DNA from: Escherichia phage EJP2
Length of the DNA stretch: 64,000 nucleotides
Sequence record: OQ411014.1
Reading direction: 5' to 3' (one strand)
In this document: piece after piece, positions 27,757 through 37,476 of the stretch
Layout of the letters: every line of letters begins with the position of its first letter
How positions within the stretch are numbered: the stretch's first letter is position 1
Notes under the pieces: model-generated
Databases searched by the model: none
What the model was told of the DNA's origin: nothing
What the model saw: only the letters and a program-made list of their open reading frames with translations
Translations under genes and position numbers: made by a program

Positions 27757-28330
27757 ATTGTTTACAGTACTACTGGATGTGAAGAAGTACTTATTACAAA
27801 ATAACATATACATACTTCGGTCTAAGTATGATATTGAACATAAAGATTTCAGGATTGAATTCTTTTCATCTGGAAACTGTGAACTATTTCGAACATACCC
27901 AGTGTATACTAGACTTTGTACTATTGGAATGTGCACATCACTGCGGAGTGTTTTTAAAGAACCCAAAGAAAAAGAAGGGTATTTGTGTACATTTTCCGAT
28001 CATAGTGTGTTTATGCACAAAGATGAATTCGTTACAAGAACAGGTTATGATAATGTTTTTCAACCTTTATGGGTAAATGATTGCAAACACAATCAAGATG
28101 AAGTAGAGAGTGCTTTGTTCCAGATCAGTACTGTGTACAATGAAGAAGATGCGGATTTAGTAATATTGTATAACTTCATTCGCAATGCATTAGAAGGTTC
28201 TCGTTTGCGTTTATCGTTTACAGATCTTTTACTTGAGTGTACGATTTGTGAGGTTCATGTGTTGACTGAACTAACTAAAAGTCGATTTCAGAAAATCCAA
28301 GAAGATTATCCAGTAGGTGAATGTAAATGA
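27722..28330 (+). CDS. FQ-motif paralog, MISYEKC subfamily copy 2
   Basis: N-terminus MITYDKCKAIS; motif ESALFQISTVYNEED. Confidence 0.65.
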   Translation: MITYDKCKAISELFTVLLDVKKYLLQNNIYILRSKYDIEHKDFRIEFFSSGNCELFRTYPVYTRLCTIGMCTSLRSVFKEPKEKEGYLCTFSDHSVFMHKDEFVTRTGYDNVFQPLWVNDCKHNQDEVESALFQISTVYNEEDADLVILYNFIRNALEGSRLRLSFTDLLLECTICEVHVLTELTKSRFQKIQEDYPVGECK

Positions 28331-28926
28331 TTTCATATGAAAAATGTCAAGCTATTTCGAATTTAGTAGTTGAACTTGTAGCTACTAAGGATGCAATAAT
28401 GAATCGTAAATTTACAACTTCTCGTTACAGAGCATCTTTTGAGATTTTCAATGATGATATTAGAATTGAATTTTCTATAGCGGGGAATTGCGATATATAT
28501 CAAACATCCCAATCAACAGATCGATTGTGTTCAATAATGTCAGATCAATGCATGTTTAGTTTGTTCGAGAGAGAGTCCGTGTTAGTAGGTTCGAATACTT
28601 ATCAATTTTATGATCATAAAAATGCAGTGCATGACTATTACTGTAAATCATTCTCACTCAATCACATCAAACATCCAATATGGATAGGTGAGTGCACTGC
28701 TGATAATTATGATAGTGTTGTTTTTCAATTGAGTACTGTGTATAATGAAGATATGGCTGGTCTTATGTTATTGAATAATTTCATTCGACCAATTCTTGAG
28801 GGTACTGGTTTTAAATTTACCGCACATAGTTTGTTATTGCAGTTACCTGTTGAAACCATCGAGTGTGCTACTTTGTTATTACAGAAACAACATCAAAAAA
28901 TCTCCAGACAAGGTGAATGTAAATGA
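28327..28926 (+). CDS. FQ-motif paralog, MISYEKC subfamily copy 3
   Basis: N-terminus MISYEKCQAIS; motif DSVVFQLSTVYNED; ATGA overlap. Confidence 0.7.
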   Translation: MISYEKCQAISNLVVELVATKDAIMNRKFTTSRYRASFEIFNDDIRIEFSIAGNCDIYQTSQSTDRLCSIMSDQCMFSLFERESVLVGSNTYQFYDHKNAVHDYYCKSFSLNHIKHPIWIGECTADNYDSVVFQLSTVYNEDMAGLMLLNNFIRPILEGTGFKFTAHSLLLQLPVETIECATLLLQKQHQKISRQGECK

Positions 28927-29528
28927 TTTCATATGAGAAATGTTTAGTACTGAAAGAGTTAGCAACTACACTAATTGAGACATACCATTACATAGCCAAT
29001 AACCCACGTATCTCAGTTGGAATACTGGACGGCGAATACGACACTATGCGTAATGGATACATGGCGGTATTTTATCCGAAAGGAAACTGTTATATATATG
29101 ACAGTACTGATATATATCAGAAACCACTAATGAGTGTTCGTAAATGGCAATTGGGTATGTACACTCTATGTAAGACATTACATGACGGTTACATTACGTG
29201 TAATTTCTCAGATAATTTACTCGCTGAAGTTGATAATTATTTTACAAACACTCACGGTGCAAAAGTTACACACAATTTACCATCGATTTTGAAGTACTGT
29301 AACGCTAGTGAAGACGCTTTCAATAGTACTGTTTTTCAATTGAGTACTCTTTACGACGATGAAGACATTGAAACACTTTTGATATACTCTTTCTTGCGAG
29401 ACATGTTAGAAGGTTCTGGTATGTCCATCACAATATCATCTACAACACTAGAAGATTCAGTAGAGAAAATTATTGATGGCCTTGAATTGTTGAAATGTCA
29501 ATTAGAAAAAATGAAAAAATCAATTTGA
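28923..29528 (+). CDS. FQ-motif paralog, MISYEKC subfamily copy 4
   Basis: N-terminus MISYEKCLVLK; motif NSTVFQLSTLYDDED. Confidence 0.7.
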   Translation: MISYEKCLVLKELATTLIETYHYIANNPRISVGILDGEYDTMRNGYMAVFYPKGNCYIYDSTDIYQKPLMSVRKWQLGMYTLCKTLHDGYITCNFSDNLLAEVDNYFTNTHGAKVTHNLPSILKYCNASEDAFNSTVFQLSTLYDDEDIETLLIYSFLRDMLEGSGMSITISSTTLEDSVEKIIDGLELLKCQLEKMKKSI

Positions 29529-29529
29529 T

Positions 29530-29558
29530 TTGACAAGTGTTGTATCTTAGGGTACAAT
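29530..29558 (+). promoter_or_regulatory. sigma70-like promoter with palindromic spacer (operator-like)
   Basis: -35 TTGACA, 17 nt, -10 TACAAT; near-identical to 27066 promoter. Confidence 0.55.
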
Positions 29559-29592
29559 GCTTTTAATTAATAATTAACGAGGATTTCTTATA

Positions 29593-29985
29593 ATGATTTT
29601 GTATCATGCCAGTACTGTTAGGATTGAAAAGTTCTATATCCCATTTGGTGGCTTACACTTAGGTGGTCTGTACTCGTCCTTAGAAGCAGCCTTACGCAAG
29701 CTCAGGAGCGATTCTAACACTAATAACGATGAAACTGTGTACTTGCATAGGTGTGAAGTTGACCTCGGTAGAATCGTTTCTATGGATGATTTGGGTAGTG
29801 ATGACGAATGGCGAGCGGTTTTCAGTACTGACTATGATTCAGTTAAGTACGTAAATAAGTTCGAGCCGGATGTGCAAGCATCTTATATGCTATGGGATGC
29901 ATCTAGAGTACAAATTATTGATGTTGATCCTATTCATATGGATGACGCAGAGGATATGATAAATGAGTTTTTGGAAGAGCAATGA
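29593..29985 (+). CDS. hypothetical protein (130 aa)
   Basis: ORF track; RBS GAGGA. Confidence 0.6.
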   Translation: MILYHASTVRIEKFYIPFGGLHLGGLYSSLEAALRKLRSDSNTNNDETVYLHRCEVDLGRIVSMDDLGSDDEWRAVFSTDYDSVKYVNKFEPDVQASYMLWDASRVQIIDVDPIHMDDAEDMINEFLEEQ

Positions 29986-30535
29986 GCAACGACTTGAAGT
30001 AGTTAATACTTTCATTGATATTCTGCCAGTACTACACAAGTTCGTGGCTCGCGGGTGTGGTGAGAATAGCGTGTATAAATCTAATGTCGATGAGATATTT
30101 CTCCAAATCAATGCATATCAATCACACGTGATGTATTGTACATCAGAAAAAGTACTGAACTTGATTACCTTTGATCATGACCAAGAATATAAGTCCAATG
30201 GGGCGTTCTTTGATAGTGCAAGTTTCATTTCTGATCATTACTTGAACGCAATGAATATTCATCAGCGTAGAGATTACGTTGATGGCTTACGTGAAAGTAT
30301 TGATGCTATGAACAACACTTTCAGTACTGGGTATCTTTCAGAAGAAGAGCATTTCCAGTACAGTACTTTATTCGAAATGCCAGCATATGAAGATTTAAGT
30401 TCAATCCATGAAACTATGAATCGGTGTATTGGTGATTTTTGTTTTCAGATTCGGTTCACTAAGTTTGAAGACGTACTTATGCCACCAGAACAATTTATGG
30501 CAAAGCTAAAAGAAGGAACAGAGAAATTATGTTAG
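29963..30535 (+). CDS. FQ-motif paralog family protein
   Basis: Motif SEEEHFQYSTLFE. Confidence 0.65.
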   Translation: MSFWKSNEQRLEVVNTFIDILPVLHKFVARGCGENSVYKSNVDEIFLQINAYQSHVMYCTSEKVLNLITFDHDQEYKSNGAFFDSASFISDHYLNAMNIHQRRDYVDGLRESIDAMNNTFSTGYLSEEEHFQYSTLFEMPAYEDLSSIHETMNRCIGDFCFQIRFTKFEDVLMPPEQFMAKLKEGTEKLC

Positions 30536-30990
30536 ACGTATTAGGTAACATTGATGTAGTAAATGATATCGTTCAGGAAGGCATTCAGGGCGTTCTAGGA
30601 CGTTCTATTAGTGTAAGGAGTGGTTTGTACCAGGGTGATGGATATGCTGTTGACAGTACTAGTAAGGGGTCTGCTAGTATGACTTTTCGTGTACGCACGC
30701 AGAACTTACAGACTTTATGTACAATTTCATTGAGTCGTAAAGATATCATCATTCGTTACAATCATAAGTTCTGGTTCAAGGTGAATTTAAAAGATGGCTT
30801 AGTCAGTACTTCATTGTTCGATGAGCCGTTTATGCTACAGGAAATCAAGACAGCATTTGAGATTCAAAGCAACATTGGTTTGGGTTTACCATTGAAAGTT
30901 GAATTCGATTGTGATAAGCTGATTCAAACTATTCTTTTATGTGGGAGTTTACATGGTTCCTTTATATCGTATATTTCGATGCTTGAATAA
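30529..30990 (+). CDS. hypothetical protein (153 aa)
   Basis: ORF track; 7-nt overlap. Confidence 0.55.
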   Translation: MLDVLGNIDVVNDIVQEGIQGVLGRSISVRSGLYQGDGYAVDSTSKGSASMTFRVRTQNLQTLCTISLSRKDIIIRYNHKFWFKVNLKDGLVSTSLFDEPFMLQEIKTAFEIQSNIGLGLPLKVEFDCDKLIQTILLCGSLHGSFISYISMLE

Positions 30991-31486
30991 GAAAAAGAAA
31001 ACTACACTCAACGATGTACTACGTATCATTAGTTGTTCTAAAATGCTCAGTTCTGTGTGCTTATACAGTGGTCCAACTGTTTCACGTGCAGAACATAAAG
31101 ACGGTACTATCTATCGAATCGATGAGTCATACAAGACTGGTATTTCTTACAAGAACTTCAGAATACAGTTCGAAGAAACTCGTAGCCATTCTGGGTTTAC
31201 TATCAAGACTGCGAATTTATCTGAAGCAGCTAACAATCCGAACTTAGTGTATAACTTCCGAATCTCTAAGGATTTGAATACACTAGAAGTACTGAACATT
31301 GACAGAGGTCAACAGACTGACTTACCTGCATTTGATATCAGTAAAGAAATTACTGAAGATGTTGTATTTCAGTTCGAGTTAGTGTATCCTGAATTAGCTG
31401 TCAGTACTGATGTGCTGTTTGCATTCGTAAAGAAATTCCAACTACAAAACAAAGGTATATCAGAAGATGAGCATTTCCAGTATTGA
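30953..31486 (+). CDS. FQ-motif paralog family protein
   Basis: Motif TEDVVFQFELVYPE; second motif EDEHFQY at the stop; ATG 30953 with RBS GGGAG. Confidence 0.55.
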   Translation: MVPLYRIFRCLNKKKKTTLNDVLRIISCSKMLSSVCLYSGPTVSRAEHKDGTIYRIDESYKTGISYKNFRIQFEETRSHSGFTIKTANLSEAANNPNLVYNFRISKDLNTLEVLNIDRGQQTDLPAFDISKEITEDVVFQFELVYPELAVSTDVLFAFVKKFQLQNKGISEDEHFQY

Positions 31487-31928
31487 TGGAATATTTGATG
31501 ATTTGATGCTAGTAATCGCAGAGGAAGGTATCAACAGGACTGTAAATGAAAGGGGTTACTTCCTTCATAACACAGAAGACGGTATGATTTTTCTTCGGGA
31601 TAATTTATCTATATTAGTAGCAACTCATAACGCATCGAATTTGCAGTTAGTATTCAGTACGAAGCCCGATGACGTGTACGTTCGTGTAATGCGTTATGGC
31701 AACAAAGAAGTTCAGCAGGACTATCGTTATGAAGGTATGTTTATTTCACAGTTTGATGTATTCCAGACTATGACAGCTAATGACATTGATTTGGGATTTG
31801 TCGAAGATTGTGCACGTAAATATCTGAAACTACTATGTATTATTCAGGACAAGTGCGATGATAGTTTACGTTATGAGAATACTATCAGTACTGTTCAGAA
31901 GTACGTACAAATGTACAATACACAATAA
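31467..31928 (+). CDS. hypothetical protein (153 aa)
   Basis: ORF track; 20-nt overlap with upstream ORF. Confidence 0.5.
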   Translation: MSISSIDGIFDDLMLVIAEEGINRTVNERGYFLHNTEDGMIFLRDNLSILVATHNASNLQLVFSTKPDDVYVRVMRYGNKEVQQDYRYEGMFISQFDVFQTMTANDIDLGFVEDCARKYLKLLCIIQDKCDDSLRYENTISTVQKYVQMYNTQ

Positions 31929-31970
31929 AAAACAACACATGGATGTGTTATCAGTTCAAGGAGTGATACT

Positions 31971-32447
31971 ATGAACGTAATTACAACTGAAAGCGGAGAC
32001 GTACAGGATGTACTAACTCGTGACGCTTTCAAAATTCACAATATGATGTTCAATATAAAAGAAGTCGTACAGTGCTTATTTTATTGTTCAAAGACTATGC
32101 ATGACTTCTTTCATTCGGACATGTGTGATATGTTTGTGTGCACTGTAAATCGGGATGAGTCCTTTATTATGGGTATGCCAATGTCCGTGAATGCAGAGTA
32201 CAATGAGTGCGTACTTCGTAATAACCCAGGTTCCTCACCACAACGCGATTTGCACGTGAAGAAGAATACGTACTGCATCAAGGGTGATGATATCGTTATA
32301 ATGTTCTTGACAAAAGGTTTCATTCTTGATAACTTTACTGTCAAAGAGAGTTATCATGATTTCAGAGTTCAAGAAGATAATCCAACCGTTATGATCTATG
32401 CATCTGATATAGAGAGTTTAGCGATGGATAATCCAGGAGTGATGTAG
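31971..32447 (+). CDS. hypothetical protein (158 aa)
   Basis: ORF track; RBS AAGGAGTG. Confidence 0.65.
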   Translation: MNVITTESGDVQDVLTRDAFKIHNMMFNIKEVVQCLFYCSKTMHDFFHSDMCDMFVCTVNRDESFIMGMPMSVNAEYNECVLRNNPGSSPQRDLHVKKNTYCIKGDDIVIMFLTKGFILDNFTVKESYHDFRVQEDNPTVMIYASDIESLAMDNPGVM

Positions 32448-32593
32448 TGAAAAAGAAAAGCCAAACTAATGTACCGGATGTTCGTAACTTCGTACACAAA
32501 CATATGGAAACATTCAGTAAAGCACAGACATTCGTTGACCGTAAAAAAGACCAACGCAATGGCAAAAGAAAACATAAAGGGCAAGACTGGTAA
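32447..32593 (+). CDS. possible small basic protein (48 aa)
   Basis: GTG start overlapping upstream stop; Lys/Arg-rich; stop sits in terminator-like hairpin; speculative. Confidence 0.25.
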   Translation: MKKKSQTNVPDVRNFVHKHMETFSKAQTFVDRKKDQRNGKRKHKGQDW

Positions 32594-32608
32594 GTCTGCC
32601 CTCTTTAA
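32578..32608 (+). terminator. putative terminator hairpin
   Basis: AGGGCAAGACT-GGTA-AGTCTGCCCT with weak U-tract. Confidence 0.4.
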
Positions 32609-32627
32609 TTAACAACGTGAGGTTATC

Positions 32628-33524
32628 ATGTTTCTGAATTTCAAAGAGTACAGCCTTAAAGAATACATTGAAATGTTCAGGGCGTTCTTTAAAGACCAAA
32701 GTACAGTACTGCCCTTTGAATACTCAATTGATCGGGATTATGCCAGGACTCTTGGGTATATTATCATGCACGTAGGTGGCATGACGTTCTTGACTATTAA
32801 AGATAATGGTCAGTTCTACGTTACTGAAGATGATAATATAACTTATAGTTACAATCCGAGTAAAAATTCTGAAAAAATCGTTACTCCACGTATAGACGTC
32901 AATAAGTTCATTTGTCCTAAGACTCTAAAATCAGAAATCACTCACAAAGTTATAGTACTGAAGAATCGTACGCACGCTAATACCGGAAACTCTATAACTG
33001 TAATGGTCAAAGACAAATACGATTATACACGTTCAGCATATAAAAATAGTCCAATAAGTAATAAGTACAGTAGTGGAGTACATAAAACATTATGTATTGC
33101 ATCTAGAATGACTATTTCTGAATACTACGATGAAAGCGAAAGTACATGCATCCAAAGTTCTATTAATATTTGGAGTGATACTCTAGCGAATTGTTATAGT
33201 ATAACATTACATGAAAATCAAGGAAAATCTGTTGGTAAGATCGGTATGAGTACTTTGCATCCAAAAAACACCAGTCGCTTTACTATTGCAGATGATATTG
33301 TACAGTCTTTGCCTGATTTATCTTTGAGTCATCTCTTTAGTAATGAAGAAATTTATTTCAAATTACTATTGACACTAGAGCCTGAAGCGTGTAGACTATT
33401 CGAATTGATTCATACTGAAAGTATTGCACTTCTGAATGAAACAATAAATGACTGTACTCCATCGGAACGGAGTCCAGTACTGAGAGATGTAATAAGAAAC
33501 TTATCTATCAAGGAAGAGGGATAA
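32628..33524 (+). CDS. hypothetical protein (298 aa)
   Basis: ORF track; RBS GTGAGGT. Confidence 0.65.
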   Translation: MFLNFKEYSLKEYIEMFRAFFKDQSTVLPFEYSIDRDYARTLGYIIMHVGGMTFLTIKDNGQFYVTEDDNITYSYNPSKNSEKIVTPRIDVNKFICPKTLKSEITHKVIVLKNRTHANTGNSITVMVKDKYDYTRSAYKNSPISNKYSSGVHKTLCIASRMTISEYYDESESTCIQSSINIWSDTLANCYSITLHENQGKSVGKIGMSTLHPKNTSRFTIADDIVQSLPDLSLSHLFSNEEIYFKLLLTLEPEACRLFELIHTESIALLNETINDCTPSERSPVLRDVIRNLSIKEEG

Positions 33525-33525
33525 T

Positions 33526-33828
33526 ATGTATAAACTTGCGTTCAAGGATGGAATTGCAAAATACGCAACAATGGGCAATCGTCGAGTTCCAAGGAATGCT
33601 GAAACGATAACTCACCCAGATGGGACTACTATCTACATTGTTACTGCTACTAATGAACGAATGGCTACTGAACAGATAGTACTCCAAAGTAAGTTCGACC
33701 AGTCCAAAGTAAGTGCTCCGTACTTGCATTATGCGTACACACAGGAGATACTGGATATGGAGAACCCTGATATGTTCATGTTAGTACTGTTTGAATATGA
33801 CGAATGGCATAAACAAATTTTGTATTAA
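33526..33828 (+). CDS. hypothetical protein (100 aa)
   Basis: ORF track. Confidence 0.55.
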   Translation: MYKLAFKDGIAKYATMGNRRVPRNAETITHPDGTTIYIVTATNERMATEQIVLQSKFDQSKVSAPYLHYAYTQEILDMENPDMFMLVLFEYDEWHKQILY

Positions 33829-33845
33829 CAATCCAAAAGATTTAC

Positions 33846-33874
33846 TTGACATTGTATCTGCACTTTGATATAAT
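33846..33874 (+). promoter_or_regulatory. sigma70-like promoter
   Basis: -35 TTGACA 33846-33851, 17 nt, -10 TATAAT 33869-33874. Confidence 0.55.
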
Positions 33875-33905
33875 AGATGCACTTTACTAATAAGAGGTTT
33901 TATAA

Positions 33906-34286
33906 ATGAGTACACCTTCCGCTATTCTAAAATCAATCACTGGCGTTCTACTAATTGAGAAGAACGGTGAAGACAAGTTAGTGTGTATTGAGGACTTACG
34001 TTCTTCCAAGCACTTCAGCATCGGTCAACTATTCAATGCCATTCGCGTACTAAACAACAAGACTGTTCAACAGTACGGTGCAAAGTGGCCTCGTTCTGAT
34101 GTAGGTACTGAATGTAGTAATGATTGGCTCGCACTGAAAGCAGCGTACAAGAATTCCAATTCAGATTATGAGTTCTTGATTGAAGTATGTAATCAACTAC
34201 AAGAAACAGTACCTGAAGTTGTTGAACGTGAAAAAGTACTGAAACAATTAGAGAAGTTTCGTCACGGTACTCTAGTACTAGAATAA
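33906..34286 (+). CDS. hypothetical protein (126 aa)
   Basis: ORF track; RBS AAGAGG. Confidence 0.65.
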   Translation: MSTPSAILKSITGVLLIEKNGEDKLVCIEDLRSSKHFSIGQLFNAIRVLNNKTVQQYGAKWPRSDVGTECSNDWLALKAAYKNSNSDYEFLIEVCNQLQETVPEVVEREKVLKQLEKFRHGTLVLE

Positions 34287-34356
34287 TATAAAATCTTTTG
34301 TTATAAACTAATCAATTCAAATCAAAAAAAATTATACGGATATAAGGAATACTAAA

Positions 34357-34683
34357 ATGGAAAATACTAAATTTGATATGTTTGCATCCCTAGAAGAACG
34401 CGAATTCGAAGTAGAAGAAGTACAAACTCTAGATGAGTCTGATATTGAACTACTAACCGCATCTGAAGATGAAGCAGAAGAAGTTGAAAAGAAACGTCCT
34501 GGTATGAACCGCATTTCTCGCAGTACTGAAGAGTACAATGAAATGATTGAAAGTTCACACTACGAAACTCTAACTCATCCTGTAAGTGGTGTTGAGTACT
34601 CTGTGAAAGTAACTGTCTTCAAACCTGAAGTGAACCCACAAGAGAATATGCGTCCTGCATACGCTTACAGTACTAACCACTAA
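34357..34683 (+). CDS. hypothetical acidic protein (108 aa)
   Basis: ORF track; RBS AAGGAAT; Glu/Asp-rich. Confidence 0.65.
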   Translation: MENTKFDMFASLEEREFEVEEVQTLDESDIELLTASEDEAEEVEKKRPGMNRISRSTEEYNEMIESSHYETLTHPVSGVEYSVKVTVFKPEVNPQENMRPAYAYSTNH

Positions 34684-34692
34684 GGGTATAAA

Positions 34693-35010
34693 ATGATTTA
34701 TGAAAGTGAAATAATTTATTTCGGAATTGGGATTCTTATTGCAGTAGTAGTGTACATTATGGTTATAGTTGCAGTGTTTCGATATGCATTTGCATTGAGT
34801 ACACGCAATAATGTTGATATCGATAACTATAATGTTGCACCTGGGCTACCGTTACTAGGGTCAGAAGACTTTCCGTGGATACTGACAGCGTTACTAAGTT
34901 TAGGTGGGTATTTTTTAGGACTTCAGTTAGTCATTATCGCATGGCCTCTAATGATATTCGTAATAATTCAGGTAATTATTTCATATTCTAGAAAGAAAAA
35001 CTTTTCATAA
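34693..35010 (+). CDS. predicted integral membrane protein (105 aa)
   Basis: Hydrophobic segments ILIAVVVYIMVIVAVF and LVIIAWPLMIFVIIQVII. Confidence 0.6.
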   Translation: MIYESEIIYFGIGILIAVVVYIMVIVAVFRYAFALSTRNNVDIDNYNVAPGLPLLGSEDFPWILTALLSLGGYFLGLQLVIIAWPLMIFVIIQVIISYSRKKNFS

Positions 35011-35016
35011 TCAAAT

Positions 35017-35048
35017 TAGCACGGTACAATGTATCGTGCTATTTTTTT
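35017..35048 (+). terminator. rho-independent terminator
   Basis: Stem TAGCACG..CGTGCTA followed by T7 tract. Confidence 0.6.
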
Positions 35049-35068
35049 AACTAAACGAAGGAGAAGCA

Positions 35069-35866
35069 ATGAGAATCAAAGATATCAAAGATTACTCTCA
35101 TGCGACGAGAGCAGAAATCATCAGTATAGCCAAAAGCATACATCCACAATTACTGAACATCATCCAGTACCGAAGCCTTCAGGACGAATCCCTGTGTGAT
35201 AATCGTCTTACTGATATGTTCAATGAACAATTGCGTTCTAAAATCGATGCATATAAAATGCAGATGAAAGCAATGCGTACTCAGTACTTAGTAGAGTTCT
35301 TCGAGGATTATCTTCTTCTCGATGAAGGTTCTCCGTACGAGCACGACATGTACTATGGAATCGATTTGAACACAGGTAAGAAGCTCTCTAAGGCTTCGGA
35401 CTTCACTAACCCTACGTACGATGTGATTTATGTTCCAGAGGTTCAGAACGTCGTTGAGTGCGTTAATGCTATGCATACGTCTCATACTGACATTCGTCCG
35501 TTCTGGAATAAGAATTCATACACGATGTACAGTACTACAGAGCAGCATCACATCTATCCGTGCAAGAACGCAGAAGAGTTCATCAAGAGTGCACGTAAAC
35601 AATTCAGTACTTTACCTCATGAAAATGCTATCATGGATTTAGTTAGTACTGCTGCTAAGGTTCGGGACTTTGATTACCCACTACACTTCGCTGCGTTATC
35701 GTCTGGTGATGAGCGTTCGGTATATAGCAGTACTGTAATGAAATCCATTCAACGTCATCAAATCTTACGTGACTTCTTAGAAAGTGTTTACAGTCCTGAT
35801 GAAGTGTACTATACTAGTTCAGTTACAGAAGATGGGACATACAAGTTCTTTCCAAGCAATTACTAA
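35069..35866 (+). CDS. hypothetical protein (265 aa)
   Basis: ORF track; RBS AAGGAGAAG. Confidence 0.65.
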   Translation: MRIKDIKDYSHATRAEIISIAKSIHPQLLNIIQYRSLQDESLCDNRLTDMFNEQLRSKIDAYKMQMKAMRTQYLVEFFEDYLLLDEGSPYEHDMYYGIDLNTGKKLSKASDFTNPTYDVIYVPEVQNVVECVNAMHTSHTDIRPFWNKNSYTMYSTTEQHHIYPCKNAEEFIKSARKQFSTLPHENAIMDLVSTAAKVRDFDYPLHFAALSSGDERSVYSSTVMKSIQRHQILRDFLESVYSPDEVYYTSSVTEDGTYKFFPSNY

Positions 35867-35878
35867 CGAGGATATATA

Positions 35879-36736
35879 ATGCGTTTGAGATTGGTTATTT
35901 CCAGTGCAGATGATCAGTTGTGGGTTAGGCCAGCGGACAGTACTAGACGTGTTCGTCTACCATCAGTTCATGGTCATACCTTTATTGTTGAGAACAAACA
36001 ATCAACATTAGAAGAAGCCTTTCGTCTATTCATTGGTGATTATGAATGTAAGCCATTCAATGACTATCATTGCACTTATGAAGTTGTTGATATTCCTGAT
36101 GAGTACATGTTCCAGTTGGCACTATTAGGCGTTCATGAGATGGACTTCCTTGTGTACAATAACGTCACTAAGAAAATGGCAATTTGTTCAGCAGTACATT
36201 TGGCTGTTGAATATACAATGGCAACTAATTCCAAGGTAGGTTATAACCAATCTTCTTATCGTAATAGTACTGCTACTACTAACGATGTTGTATTCCAGTG
36301 GGAGTACAAAAGTGACGAGTGGAAGACTAAGAACGATGATGTTACTGTTCATACAGTACTGGATAGTACTTATGATAATATCTATCAGTACATTGAGCCT
36401 AACCTAATGGAATGGGCTTGTAGGATGTACAGTAACATTGCTGATACTTTACGTCCTAGAGTTTATGGGTTCAAGAACTGGAAAAGTAAGATTGATACAT
36501 CTGATGAACCAGTAGCGTATGAAAAGTCCTACCCGTACTATAACTTCAGTGATTTATATTTCCTGTTCAATCAGTACTGCAACGATGAAGCGATGTTTTT
36601 GTACGCACAGGATGTAATCTCCGATTCAGCAATTGAGATATTGCGTGAACTGTACTGTCATTGTCAGTTTATCAGTACTAACATTCAGGTCGGCAAGGAT
36701 TACATAAAATTCTGTGATGAAAGAAGATCACGATAA
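35879..36736 (+). CDS. FQ-motif-like hypothetical protein (285 aa)
   Basis: Motif DEYMFQLALLGVHE; RBS GAGGAT. Confidence 0.6.
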   Translation: MRLRLVISSADDQLWVRPADSTRRVRLPSVHGHTFIVENKQSTLEEAFRLFIGDYECKPFNDYHCTYEVVDIPDEYMFQLALLGVHEMDFLVYNNVTKKMAICSAVHLAVEYTMATNSKVGYNQSSYRNSTATTNDVVFQWEYKSDEWKTKNDDVTVHTVLDSTYDNIYQYIEPNLMEWACRMYSNIADTLRPRVYGFKNWKSKIDTSDEPVAYEKSYPYYNFSDLYFLFNQYCNDEAMFLYAQDVISDSAIEILRELYCHCQFISTNIQVGKDYIKFCDERRSR

Positions 36737-37476
36737 TTTGAGCATTCATAAAAAAATGTGATATAATTAGTACTACGGATGGTTAGCTATCCGTATTTTA
36801 AATTTGAATGACCAGTACTACATACTGGTACGTTTTAACCCTGATTCACTCGAAAATGTAGAGGACAGTTGAGTACGCATTCAAGTACGTTCAGCAGAAG
36901 AAACCCGTTAGGTGTAGGCATAGTTTGTACCTCCCACGGCAATGTGGCTGATTAAACCATGAAGAGTAATACGATGACTCATGGCTTGCTTATGGCATGA
37001 TAGACATATAAGGATCGCTCCTTACCAAAATGTATAAGGGAATCTTATAAATTTTTGTAGGACTGATTAGAGGCTTACCCTTGATCCGTCCAAAATTTGA
37101 AGATACAGTACAGTACTGTTTATGTGGTAATGTATTGATGCGTGCTAAGACCACGACCGTTGCATAGAAACGCGATAGGAAGAAACAGGGCAACCCGCTT
37201 CCGTTCTTAATAGAAATTCGTAACATAAAATGATGACACATACCAGCGTCAAACTTTGTTCTTCCCTCCCTGTGGGGGGATGAAAATGAATCTACAAAAC
37301 CTCGTCAAATAATAATAAGAAAGTACTAAATCAATTAGAACGAACGCTAGTGAGTGATAATTGATTTAGTAACAGTAACGCTTCGCTAGAAGTGTTACTC
37401 GTTGTTTAAGAATAAAATAACTTAGTGAGTTTTGGTTCTTTTGTTGTTCACTAAGTCCCTATAGAGAGAATATTAG

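Noticed and set aside
36990-37241. 83-aa minus-strand ORF in the 740-bp non-coding gap
   Set aside because: No RBS or promoter and low-complexity product; the region is treated as non-coding, with low certainty.
36737-37476. Group I intron or homing-endonuclease element in the non-coding gap
   Set aside because: No flanking split gene, no recognisable conserved intron core elements and no endonuclease ORF; kept only as a generic structured non-coding region.
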